Shown in pieces: positions 52,893 to 63,747 of a DNA stretch of 64,000 nucleotides. The DNA is taken from positions 6,634,001 through 6,698,000 of the forward strand of contig NC_086108.1 of NCBI RefSeq assembly GCF_963921235.1. Reading direction: 5' to 3'. The notes under the pieces were generated by a model. It saw only the letters and a program-made list of their open reading frames with translations, was not told the DNA's origin and searched no databases. The position numbers and the translations under genes were made by a program. The DNA is from Mobula hypostoma. Taxonomy: Eukaryota. Position 1 is the first letter of the stretch. Each line of letters opens with the position of its first letter.

Positions 52893-53517
52893 GTGTCGGG
52901 CGGGAGGAGAAGATGGCAGTGCGACGCAGTGCGCGCAGCTCTCCGGTGAAATGATATCGTATCTGTTAAATAGGGGCCGCGGACAATTCTGATTTGATGA
53001 AGACAGACGTGAGAAGCAGAGGAACATCTGGAGAAATTTCTGAAATGCCTGGTTTCGCTGCCGTTGTTACTATGCAGTCGAGAATCTCCAGAGGGAAGGC
53101 CCCAAAATCCCCGGCTTTACCTGCTGCTGGCGACCGAGGCTGAGGTCGAAGCATTCGGCAGAGATGGCGCTCGGTACTCGGTGTCGGAGGGCTGATCGGA
53201 GCTCGAAGTTTTCGGATGACTCAGAGTCGGACTGTGGTCGGGCATGGCAGGGAGAGTTTTCTTCCTTCTCCCGTCTGCGTGAGATGTGGGACTTTCGAGA
53301 GACTTTGAACTTTTTACTGTGCCATGGTCTGTTCTTCATCAAGTTATGGTATTGTTGCACTGTTGTAACTATATGTTATAATTATGTGGTTTTGTTAGTC
53401 TTTCAGTCTTGGTCTGTCCTGTGTTTCTGTGATATCATACCAGAGGAATATTGTATCATTTCTTAAAACATGCATTACTAAATGACAATAAAAGAGGACT
53501 GCGTGTCCTCATATTCT
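52893..53517 (+). mobile_element. CpG-rich non-coding retroposon-like element
   Basis: Begins ggaggagAAGATGGCagtgcgacgc; many intact CpGs; ends AATAAAagaggactgcgtgtcctcatattctaa. Confidence 0.5.
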
Positions 53518-53604
53518 AAAAATAGTGTATCCATGGCCTTATATTGTATATATTTTCATGGATAATTATGAGAGAGAGAACTATTCCTTATTCCTCTGCT
53601 TACT

Positions 53605-53792
53605 CTCACTTACCTACTGCCCATTACACCACTGACGTTTCGGGCAGCAATGAAGGTCCTCCATTTCTGTCTGTCTTTGGCCATCTTCTCTATTGTGCCG
53701 CAGATGTTGGTTAGGGTATTCATTTCTGCCTCTACGTGTGGTGTCAAGTTGTCTTTGTCTCCCGCGTTTCCTCCGCTCTTCAGGTGTCCCAT
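53605..53792 (-). mobile_element. RTE LINE 3' end
   Basis: EKMAKDRQKWRTFIAARNVSGVMGSR*; matches 40698-40816. Confidence 0.8.
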
Positions 53793-53804
53793 GAAAATTG
53801 AAAT

Positions 53805-54060
53805 AAGTTGCTGAAACTTGTAAAATCAGTCAGCTCTATCATAGTTACCAGCCTCTGCAGTATCCAAGACATCTTCAAGGGGGTGGTGCTTTAGGAAAGT
53901 GGCATCCATTATTAAACACAGTTACCGTCAGGATTGAGGTATAGAAGTCTGAAGACACTCAGCGATTCAAGAGCAGCTTCCTCCCCTCTGCCATCTGATT
54001 TCTGAATGGACGTTGAACCCATGAACACTAACTCACTACCTTTTTTATTTCCGTTATTTT
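53805..54060 (+). mobile_element. Rex1-type 3' fragment
   Basis: Collinear with 36540-36790. Confidence 0.7.
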
Positions 54061-54067
54061 GACAGTC

Positions 54068-54382
54068 GCTCAGTTTTCACTACCGCCAGCCATGCAAGTC
54101 CTGGGTGGAGACTCAGGAATACCGTCGCACTCAGATGTAGAAGGATTCTTCATTGCTGTGTCTGTAACAATTAGCTTTTGACCAGTCAGGGTTGTTAGCA
54201 CTGAACTGAACCCCCGAACCTGGAGGACCAATGGACTGCTATACCCTTTGACCTGTTGGGCATGGGTGACCCTACCAAGAGCCAAAGCACAAAGCCCTGA
54301 CTCCAGCCAACATAGCTCTCCAGGTCATTGAGGCATGCAAAGCCTTCAAACCCCAAGACAATGTTGTGGTCCTCTTGGAGGT
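54068..54382 (-). mobile_element. RTE (Rex3/Expander-like) 5' region
   Basis: gacctggagagctatgttggc...ttggtagggtcacccatgcccaacaggtc resembles fish RTE 5' UTRs; 54073-54153 recurs joined to an RTE 3' end at ~61535-61620. Confidence 0.6.
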
Positions 54383-54861
54383 CTATAGATGCTTTAAGGA
54401 CATTAAAGAGACTCTTCAATAGGCACCCGGTTGAAATAAAAATGGAGAGCTATGTGAGAGGGTTACCTTGATATTAGGGTAGGTAAAAAAGTTGGCACAA
54501 TATTGCTATGTTCTGGCATGGGAGAACATGCAAACCCTCCAGAGGCAGGGCCAATCAGAATTAAACTGGGCTGCCGGAGCTCTGAGGCAGCAGTTCTTGT
54601 ATCCGTAACCCTGTGCCAAATTCGATTGTTCAAACGGGTTTTCAGACAGTGCTTCTTGACAGAATATTCAGCAAAACCAAAAGCAGCATCCACCATCAGG
54701 ATACCCACACCACCACCACCACCACCCAGGACATGCTCTCTTCTCACTGCTGCCAAGAGAGAATGTGTAAGAGCCTCAGGACTTGCACCACCAGGTTCAG
54801 GAATAGTTACTATCCCTCAACCATCAGGCTCTTAAACCAAAGGGGATAACTTCACTCAACT

Positions 54862-56920
54862 CAACTCAAGGAAGGTAGTGCACCCGTGGCTGACAAGAGA
54901 AATTAGGGATAGTATCAATTCCAAAGAAGTAGCATACAAATTAGCCAGAGAAAGTGGCTCACCTGAGGACTGGGAGAAATTCAGAGTTCAGCAGAGGAGG
55001 ACAAAGGGCTTAATTAGGAAGGGGAAAAAAGATTATGAGAGAAAACTGGCAGAGAACATAAAAACGGACTGTAAAAGCTTTTATAGATATGCAAAAAGGA
55101 AAAGACTGATAAAGACAAATGTAGGTCCCCTGCAGACAGAAACAGGTGAATTGATTATGGGGAGCAAGGACATGGCAGACCAATTGAATAACTACTTTGG
55201 TTCTGTCTTCACTAAGGAGGACATAAATAATCTTCCAGAAATAGTAAGGGACAGAGGGTCCAGTGAGATGGAGGAACTGAGCGAAATACATGTTAGTAGG
55301 GAAGTGATGTTAGGTAAATTGAAGGGATTGAAGGCAGATAAATCCCCAGGGCCAGATGGTCTGCATCCCAGAGTGCTTAAGGAAGTGGCCCAAGAAATAG
55401 TGGACGCATTAGTGATAATTTTTCAAAACTCGTTAGATTCTGGACTAGTTCCTGAGGATTGGAGGGTGGCTAATGTAACCCCACTTTTTAAAAAAGGAGG
55501 GAGAGAGAAACCGGGGAATTATAGGCCGGTTAGCCTAACGTTGGTGGTGGGGAAACTGCTGGAGTCAGTTATCAAAGATGTGATAACAGCACATTTGGAA
55601 AGCGGTGAAATGATCGGACAAAGTCAGCATGGATTTGTGAAAGGAAAATCATGTCTGACGAATCTCATAGAATTTTTTGAGGATGTAACTAGTAGAGTGG
55701 ATAGGGGAGAACCAGTGGATGTGGTATATTTGGATTTTCAAAAGGCTTTTGACAAGGTCCCACACAGGAGATTAGTGTGCAAACTTAAAGCACACAGTAT
55801 TGGGGGTAAGGTATTGGTGTGGGTGGAGAATTGGTTAGCAGACAGGAAGCAAAGAGTGGGAATAAACGGGACCTTTTCAGAATGGCAGGCGGTGACTAGT
55901 GGGGTACCGCAAGGCTCAGTGCTGGGACCCCAGTTGTTTACAATATATATTAATGACTTGGATGAGGGAATTAAATGCAGCATCTCCAAGTTTGCGGATG
56001 ACACAAAGCTGGGTGGCAGTGTTAGCAGTGAGGAGGATGCTAAGAGGATGCAGGGTGACTTGGATAGGTTGGGTGAGTGGGCAAACTCATGGCAGATGCA
56101 ATTTAATGTGGATAAATGTGAAGTTATCCACTTTGGTGGCAAAAATAGGAAAACAGATTATTATCTGAATGGTGGCCGATTAGGAAAAGGGGAGGTGCAA
56201 CGAGACCTGGGTGTCATTATACACCAGTCATTGAAAGTGGGCATGCAGGTACAGCAGGCGGTGAAAAAGGCGAACGGTATGCTGGCATTTATAGCGAGAG
56301 GATTCGAGTACAGGAGCAGGGAGGTACTACTGCAGTTGTACAAGGCCTTGGTGAGACCACACCTGGAGTATTGTGTGCAGTTTTGGTCCCCTAATCTGAG
56401 GAAAGACATCTTTGCCATAGAGGGAGTACAAAGAAGGTTCACCAGATTGATTCCTGGGATGGCAGGTCTTTCATATGAAGAAAGACTGGATGAACTGGGC
56501 TTGTACTCGTTGGAATTTAGAAGATTAAGGGGGGATCTGATTGAAACGTATAAGATCCTAAAGGGATTGGACAGGCTAGATGCGGGAAGATTGTTCCCGA
56601 TGTTGGGGAGGTCCAGAACGAGGGGTCACAGTTTGAGGATAGAGGGGAAGCCTTTTAGGACCGAGATTAGGAAAAACTTCTTCACACAGAGAGTGGTGAA
56701 TCTGTGGAATTCTCTGCCACAGCAAACTGTTGAGGCCAGTTCATTAGCTATGTTTAAAAGGAAGTTAGATATGGCCCTTGTGGCTACAGGGGTCAGGGGG
56801 TATGGAGGGAAGGCTGGGTTCTGAGTTGGATGATCAGCCATGATCATAATAAATGGCGGTGCAGGCTCGAAGGGCCGAATGGCCTACTCCTGCACCTATT
56901 TTCTATGTTTCTATGTTTCT
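54862..56920 (+). mobile_element. Young 5'-truncated CR1 LINE
   Basis: Unbroken ORF2 3' part; tail ttctatgtttctatgtttct; aact flanks (54858-54861, 56921-56924). Confidence 0.96.
54878..56824 (+). CDS. CR1 ORF2 reverse transcriptase, open for 648 codons but 5'-truncated (no endonuclease, no native start)
   Basis: KSPGPDGLHP, PGNYRPVSLT, QHGF, YLDFQKAFDKVPH, GVPQGSVLGP, SKFADDTKL, RPHLEYC, RTRGH; no internal stop. Confidence 0.9.
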   Translation: MHPWLTREIRDSINSKEVAYKLARESGSPEDWEKFRVQQRRTKGLIRKGKKDYERKLAENIKTDCKSFYRYAKRKRLIKTNVGPLQTETGELIMGSKDMADQLNNYFGSVFTKEDINNLPEIVRDRGSSEMEELSEIHVSREVMLGKLKGLKADKSPGPDGLHPRVLKEVAQEIVDALVIIFQNSLDSGLVPEDWRVANVTPLFKKGGREKPGNYRPVSLTLVVGKLLESVIKDVITAHLESGEMIGQSQHGFVKGKSCLTNLIEFFEDVTSRVDRGEPVDVVYLDFQKAFDKVPHRRLVCKLKAHSIGGKVLVWVENWLADRKQRVGINGTFSEWQAVTSGVPQGSVLGPQLFTIYINDLDEGIKCSISKFADDTKLGGSVSSEEDAKRMQGDLDRLGEWANSWQMQFNVDKCEVIHFGGKNRKTDYYLNGGRLGKGEVQRDLGVIIHQSLKVGMQVQQAVKKANGMLAFIARGFEYRSREVLLQLYKALVRPHLEYCVQFWSPNLRKDIFAIEGVQRRFTRLIPGMAGLSYEERLDELGLYSLEFRRLRGDLIETYKILKGLDRLDAGRLFPMLGRSRTRGHSLRIEGKPFRTEIRKNFFTQRVVNLWNSLPQQTVEASSLAMFKRKLDMALVATGVRGYGGKAGF

Positions 56921-57264
56921 AACTTCATTTGGCCCATCATTGAAATGTTCCCACAACCAATAGACTCACTTTCAAGGACCCTTCATCTCATGTTCGTGAT
57001 ATTTATTGCTTATTTATTTAGTATCATACTTTCCTTTTTCACATTTGCAAAGTTTGTTGTCTTCTGCACTCCAAACCCTACAACAATTTTTGTAGTCCTC
57101 TTGAAGGACTTTATACATTTATTGACTGTACAATTATTGTTAAAATTAAGCACGGAATTAAAAACCACCTTCATTAAGAAAAAAGTTTGCATTGGGTAAT
57201 AAAAAGACACGTTTGAGGTGGAGGAGTATGAAGTTTATTGAATTCTCATTTCCCACATTTTCAT

Positions 57265-58104
57265 CATCAAAGTCGATATATTGTCAAAGTACGTAAATGT
57301 CACCACATACTATCTTGAGATATATTTTCTTGCAGGCATTTACAATAAACACGGAAATACAATAGAATTTATGAAAGACTATACATGAATAAAAACTGAC
57401 AAACAACTGACGTGTAAAAGAAGATAAAATGTGCAAATACAAAAATTAAGTAAGACTGAGAATTTGAGATCCAGAGGATCAGAATCAGGCATATCTCATG
57501 AGATTGGTTGACCTTGCTGCTGCAGAATGCTATGCATAATAATAGAGAAAAAAACTGAATTACGGTAACTATACTGTACATATAATTAAATAGCTAAGTA
57601 GCGGAAAAAAAAGTAGTGAGCTGGTGTTCACAGGTTCAATGGCCATTCAGAAATCTGATGGCAGAGGGGAAGAAGCTGTTCCTGGAATGCTCAGTGTGTG
57701 TCTTCAGGCTCCTGTATCTCCTCCCTGATGGTAGCAATGAAATAGAGCAGGTCCTGGGTGATGGGGACCCTTAATGAAGGATTCCGCTTTTTTGCCCCTT
57801 TAAGATGTCCAGGATGCTTCGTGATCTTCTTTGCTCTTGTAACATATAATAAAACAATCATAAGCAACAAGTGTTATGCCTCTGACTTTCAAAGAGCCTT
57901 TGGATCGCAATAGCCATCAGGATCCAACATTACTGTGCACCTTCAGGCTCCTGTAGCCCCTCCCCAATAGTGGCAATGAGAAGCGGGCATGTCCTGGGTG
58001 GTCGGGTCCTTAATGATGGATGCCGCCTTTTAGAGGCTTCGCTTCTTGAAGATGTCCTAAAAGTCCTTGAAAGTGAGTCCGTAGGTTGTGGAATCAGTTC
58101 AGTG
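57265..58104 (-). mobile_element. Stacked Rex1-type 3' fragments
   Basis: Two copies of cttcaggctcctgta...gtcctgggtg (57700-57790, 57940-58055) plus 3' UTR pieces. Confidence 0.7.
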
Positions 58105-58180
58105 TTGTGGTGAGTGAAGGAGCTTGATGTTTGTGGGGTAATAACTGTTCCTGAACCTGGTGGTGTGGGACCTGAGGCTC

Positions 58181-60173
58181 ATTGTGGTGAGTGAAGTTAT
58201 CCACACTGGTTCAGGAGCCTGATGGTTGTGGGGTAATAACTGTTCCTGAACCTGGTGGTGTGGGACCTGAGGCTCATTGTGGTGAGTGAAGTTATCCACA
58301 CTGGTTCAGGAGCCTGATGGTTGTGGGGTAATAACTGTTCCTGAACCTGGTGGTGTGGGACCTGAGGCTCATTGTGGTGAGTGAAGTTATCCACACTGGT
58401 TCAGGAGCCTGATGGTTGTGGGGTAATAACTGTTCCTGAACCTGGTGGTGTGGGACCTGAGGCTCATTGTGGTGAGTGAAGTTATCCACACTGGTTCAGG
58501 AGCCTGATGGTTGAGGGGTAATAACTGTTCCTGAACCTGGTGGTGTGGGACCTGAGGCTCATTGTGGTGAGTGAAGTTATCCACACTGGTTCAGGAGCCT
58601 GATGGTTGAGGGGTAATAACTGTTCCTGAACCTGGTGGTGTGGGACCTGAGGCTCATTGTGGTGAGTAAAGTTATCCCCACTGGTTCAGGAGCCTGATGG
58701 TTGTGGGGTAATAACTTCCTGAACCTGGTGGTGTGGGACCTGAGGCTCATTGTGGTGAGTGAAGTTATCCACACTGGTTCAGGAGCCTGATGGTTGTGGG
58801 GTAATAACTGTTCCTGAACCTGGTGGTGTGGGACCTGAGGCTCATTGTGGTGAGTGAAGTTATCCACACTGGTTCAGGAGCCTGATGGTTGTGGGGTAAT
58901 AACTGTTCCTGAACCTGGTGGTGTGGGACCTGAGGCTCATTGTGGTGAGTGAAGTTATCCACACTGGTTCAGGAGCCTGATGGTTGTGGGGTAATAACTG
59001 TTCCTGAACCTGGTGGTGTGGGACCTGAGGCTCATTGTGGTGAGTGAAGTTATCCACACTGGTTCAGGAGCCTGATGGTTGTGGGGTAATAACTGTTCCT
59101 GAACCTGGTGGTGTGGGACCTGAGGCTCATTGTGGTGAGTGAAGTTATCCACACTGGTTCAGGAGCCTGATGGTTGAGGGGTAATAACTGTTCCTGAACC
59201 TGGTGGTGTGGGACCTGAGGCTCATTGTGGTGAGTAAAGTTATCCCCACTGGTTCAGGAGCCTGATGGTTGTGGGGTAATAACTGTTCCTGAACCTGGTG
59301 GTGTGGGACCTGAGGCTCATTGTGGTGAGTGAAGTTATCCACACTGGTTCAGGAGCCTGATGGTTGTGGGGTAATAACTGTTCCTGAACCTGGTGGTGTG
59401 GGTCCTGAGGCTCATTGTGGTGAGTGAAGTTATCCACACTGGTTCAGGAGCCTGATGGTTGTGGGGTAATAACTGTTCCTGAACCTGGTGGTGTGGGACC
59501 TGAGGCTCATTGTGGTGAGTGAAGTTATCCACACTGGTTCAGGAGCCTGATGGTTGAGGGGTAATAACTGTTCCTGAACCTGGTGGTGTGGGACCTGAGG
59601 CTCATTGTGGTGAGTGAAGTTATCCCCACTGGTTCAGGAGCCTGATGGTTGTGGGGTAATAACTGTTCCTGAACCTGGTGGTGTGGGTCCTGAGGCTCAT
59701 TGTGGTGAGTGAAGTTATCCACACTGGTTCAGGAGCCTGATGGTTGTGGGGTAATAACTGTTCCTGAACCTGGTGGTGTGGGACCTGAGGCTCATTGTGG
59801 TGAGTGAAGTTATCCACACTGGTTCAGGAGCCTGATGGTTGTGGGGTAATAACTGTTCCTGAACCTGGTGGTGTGGGACCTGAGGCTCATTGTGGTGAGT
59901 GAAGTTATCCACACTGGTTCAGGAGCCTGATGGTTGTGGGGTAATAACTGTTCCTGAACCTGGTGGTGTGGGACCTGAGGCTCATTGTGGTGAGTGAAGT
60001 TATCCACACTGGTTCAGGAGCCTGATGGTTGAGGGGTAATAACTGTTCCTGAACCTGGTGGTGTGGGACCTGAGGCTCATTGTGGTGAGTGAAGTTATCC
60101 ACACTGGTTCAGGAGACTGATGGTTGTGGGGTAATAACTGTTCCTGAACCTGGTGGTGTGGGACCTGAGGCTC
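58181..60173 (-). repeat. 95-bp minisatellite, 21 near-identical units (plus a degenerate unit at 58105-58180), derived from a Rex1 3' end
   Basis: Unit attgtggtgagtgaagttatccacactggttcaggagcctgatggttgtggggtaataactgttcctgaacctggtggtgtgggacctgaggctc; length 1993 = 21x95-2 (one unit has a 2-bp deletion near 58715). Confidence 0.97.
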
Positions 60174-60255
60174 CTGTACCTCCTGCCTGATGGTTGTAGC
60201 GAGAAGTGGGGGCATAGCCTGGATGGTGGGGATTGTTGATGATGGATGCTGTTTC
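60174..60255 (-). mobile_element. Rex1-type ORF fragment contiguous with the minisatellite
   Basis: FSLQPSGRRYRSLRSHTTRFRNSYYP reads directly into the first repeat unit. Confidence 0.85.
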
Positions 60256-60382
60256 CTCGAGGTGGAGCTCCTTGTCGATGTGAATTTAAATCAACTAAAT
60301 GCATCAAAGCACTTTGTGCAGGGGAACACGTTAGCCATCTTTCGCTAGCAAAAACCGGGAAAAAGACGAATATCACGTTCTG

Positions 60383-60895
60383 TGCAACACACACAAGATG
60401 CAGATCAGGTCAGGCAGCCTCCATGGAAATGAATACACTGTCGACGTTCCAGGCCGAGAACTTTCTTCAGGGCGGGAAGGGAAGGGGAAGGAAGCCAGAA
60501 TTAAAAGCTGGGGAAGGAGGACAGCTAGAGGGTGATTTTGTAACTTTAAAACATTAAACTAATGCAAATGAAGACAAGGGAGACATGGGTCTGGCTCTGA
60601 GTTTACTTTAATCGAAGCGCATACGTATCACATGATAGCGTGATGACGTATGTAACTTACATTTTTATACACATATCCAGTCATGAATTATTTAAATGAA
60701 CATGTAACCTTAATTAAACAACATATGTACAAGATTTCTCTAGTATGATTGAAATATTAACTGCACAACAATAGGCAAAGCCAGGTGGGTGGGAAAGGTC
60801 GAGGGCTGAAGAGGAAAGCATTTGATAGGAGAGGAGAGTGGAGCATAGGAGAAAGGGGAGGAGGAGGGGATAAGCAGGTGAGAGGAGGTACAAGG
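60383..60895 (-). mobile_element. Penelope-type 3'/terminal repeat fragment, interrupted at 60537-60770
   Basis: Minus strand ccctgaagaaagttctcggcctggaacgtcgacagtg, same family as 38670 and 52340. Confidence 0.6.
60537..60770 (-). mobile_element. Possible solo LTR, one end clipped
   Basis: AT-rich 234-bp insert splitting agggtgat|aggcaaag; minus strand starts TGTTG, contains ATTAAA and ends ...gttacaaa. Confidence 0.4.
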
Positions 60896-61459
60896 CCATT
60901 TTATTTTAAAGAAAAGTAAGAGAAGAATTGTGCTCAAAACATCAAAACATCAAAAAGCGAATCTTCAAAATTCTCTCAGTTTAAGCCTGCCTTGTAGGCC
61001 CCAGCTTGTTGATCGAGGGAGAGATCAGACTGCACTCCCCCTCTCCAACCACCCCATAATTCAGTGTCTAAAATCTGGCTGCTGTACTGTAAAGCTGCCA
61101 AAAGGAAAAACAAAATCAGAATCCGGATGCTTGTGAGATATTTATAAGTGAAGCTTCCTGTAGTTCTGAAACATTCAGACACATTCCATGTTATTTTGGA
61201 CCACTTAACCTTTGTTCGATCACAAATCTCAGAGGAATCTAAGGGCCATAAAATTAGGCTGAGCACGTTCACTCCTTCCATAGTCCACTGTGTTTGCTCT
61301 CTCAAGGGTTTACGACACCTCACCTACCCCTCAGAAGCCTATCTTCACCATTGACACCCACTGGTCCTTCAATGAGTAATACTTTCTCTGGAAAAAGACT
61401 GTGTGCACTCGCCCTCTCAGGATTTTATACACCTCTATAAAGCCACTCCTCAGTTTTTC

Positions 61460-61620
61460 AATTACCTACTTGAGGGCATTTAGGGCAGCAATGAAGGTCC
61501 TCCATCTCTGGTGGGGGTCAGGGCTTCCTTCATCTTGGTTTTTACTACTGTCAGTCATTCAAATCCTAGATGGAGACTCAGAAAAAATATTGGGCTCAGA
61601 TGTAGAAGGACTTTTCATTC
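61460..61620 (-). mobile_element. Bipartite RTE-derived short element (5' region fused to 3' tail)
   Basis: gggcagcaatgaaggtcctccat (as at 53642) joined to ggagactcag...ctcagatgtagaagga (as at 54107-54145). Confidence 0.65.
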
Positions 61621-63738
61621 CCCCACCTCCACTCTGCAATCCCTTCTCTCTCAGGTCTCACCATTAGTTCTTGTGTCCTTGGAGACTCTATATTCCTCCC
61701 ACCCCACTTCCCTAAACAGCCCTACCTTCCCCTCCACTCAGACACTACCAGCCCTCTTCCCCCTCAGATCCCAGCTCTCATCTGTGCCAGGTCTTCACAA
61801 TTCCCTTTGACCTTCCTCTCTCTGAGGCAGAATGTTCTGTCCTCCGTCAGGGACTCACCTTTGTCCCCTGTGCCCACATGCCCGCCACAACATTGAGCGC
61901 TCCTTCCGCAGCCTCTGTCTCCCAGCCTACTTCTTTGGCAAGGACTCTCCAGTTTGCACCAATGACCCATTCTCCCATCATCAACCCTACTCCTCTTCCT
62001 GGACACCCCACTCTGGTCTTCTGCCTGCTCTGGATCTTCTCATTGCTAACTGCTGACAAGACATCAACATCCCGACTTCACTACTCCTCTCTCCAATTCT
62101 AATCTCACTCCTTCTGAACGCACTGCTCTCCACTCTCTCTGCACTAATCCTAACCTCACCATCAAGCTTGTCGATAAGGGGAGCACCGTAGTAATCTGGT
62201 GGACTGACCTCTCCCTTGCTGAGGCCCAGCGACAACTCTCAGACTCTTCCTCTTACTTCCCCTTTGAACAGGACCCCACTAAGGAGCACCAGGCCATTGT
62301 TGCCCACTTCACCACCGACCTTATTGACTCTGGGGACTTCCTATCCACTGCCACCGACCTCATAGTTCCCTTCCCCATGCCTTCTGCTTCTACCTCCTAC
62401 CCAAAATCCACAAACCTACCTGTCCAAGTTGACCCATTGTTTCTGCTTGTACCTGCCCCACCAAATTATATCTGCATGCCTCGACTCTGTTTTATCCCCC
62501 TTGGTCTGGTCCCTTCCTACCTACATCCGGGACACTTCACACTCTCTTGATCTTTTCAGTGACTTTGTCCAGTACACCTCCACCCTCCATCAGGAGGGCC
62601 TCAAAGCTCTCTGCTTCCTTCTGGACACCAGACCCAACTAGTTCCCCTCCACCACAACCAATCTCCTCCATCTGGCAGAACTTGTCCTCACTCTCAATCA
62701 TATCTCCTTCAGCTCCTCCCGCTTACTTCAAACCAAAGGTGTAGCCGTGGACGCCCACATGAGTCACAGCTATGTCAGCCTTTTTGACATCTATGTGGTA
62801 CAGTCTATGTTCCAAGTCTACACTGGCATCACTCCCCAACTTTTCCTACACTACATCGACGACTGCGTTGGTGCTGCTTCCTGCACCCATACCGAGCTCG
62901 TCGACTTCAACAACTTTGCCTCCAAACTTCCACCCTGCCCTCAAATTTACTTGGTCCATTTCTGACACCTCCCTCCCTTTCTCAATCTCTCTATCTCTTT
63001 CCCTGGAGACTATACCATTTCACACACTGTCGCTTGTAAAAATGCCATCCCCTTCTCTCAATTCCTCCACATCCACAACATCTGCTTTCAGGACAAGGTT
63101 TTTTTTATTCCAGAACTTATATGATGTCGTCTTTCTTCAAAGAAAGGGGCTTCCCTTCCTCCACCATCAACGCTGCCCTCAACCGCATCTCTTCCATTTT
63201 ACGCATACCCCATCCTCCTGCCACCACTCCAGGAATAGGGTTCCTCTTGTCCTTGGCTACCACCCCGCTAGCCTCCGCGTCCAGCACATAATTCTCCGTA
63301 ACTTCTGCCATTGCCAGTGGGATCCCACCACCAAGCATGTCTTTTCCTTCCCCCCACTTTCTTGCCCATACGTCCCTCCCCACTGATCTCCCTCCTGGCA
63401 CTTATCCTTGTAAGCACCTACCCCTACACCTACACCTGCCCCTACACCTCCTCCCTCACTACCATTCCGGGCCTCAAGCAGTCCTTCCAGGTGAGCTGAC
63501 ACTTCACCTGTGAGTCTACTGGGGTCATATACTGTATCCGGTGTTCCCAGTGTGCCCTCCTGTACGTCGGTGAGACCCGAGGTAGATTGGGAGACTGCGT
63601 TGATGAACACCTGCACTCTGTCTAGCAGGAAAAACAGTATCTCCTGGTGGCCATTCATTTCAATTCCACTTCCCATTCCCATTCTAACATGTCAGTCCAT
63701 AGCTTTCTCTACTGCTGTGATGAGACCACACTCAGGTT
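61620..63738 (+). mobile_element. Decayed Penelope-like element (RT + GIY-YIG endonuclease)
   Basis: SVLRQGLTFVP, DKG, FYLLPKIHKP, QTKGVA, LHYIDDCVG, then FTCESTGVIYCIRCSQCALLYVGETRGRLGDCVDEH (~63503-63610); many frameshifts and deletions. Confidence 0.92.
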
Positions 63739-63747
63739 ACACCGTTA

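Larger units (their letters stand above)
54680..57070 (+). mobile_element. Rex1-type 3' fragment split by a young CR1
   Basis: KSLRTCTTRFRNSYYPSTIRLLNQRG* at 54769-54849; 3' UTR resumes at 56921 (aacttcatttggcccatc...gactcactttcaaggac). Confidence 0.8.

Noticed and set aside
54878..56824. Domesticated RT gene, retron or DGR
   Set aside because: CR1 tail, 5' truncation and insertion into another TE explain it as a recent retrotransposition.
58181..60173. CRISPR-like array or tandem 65-aa genes next to an RT
   Set aside because: Units are identical end to end without spacers; the peptides are translations of a Rex1 C-terminus; the nearby RT is an independent CR1.
62772..63682. 204-aa and 141-aa ORFs as host genes
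   Set aside because: Off-frame and antisense readings of the frameshifted Penelope element.
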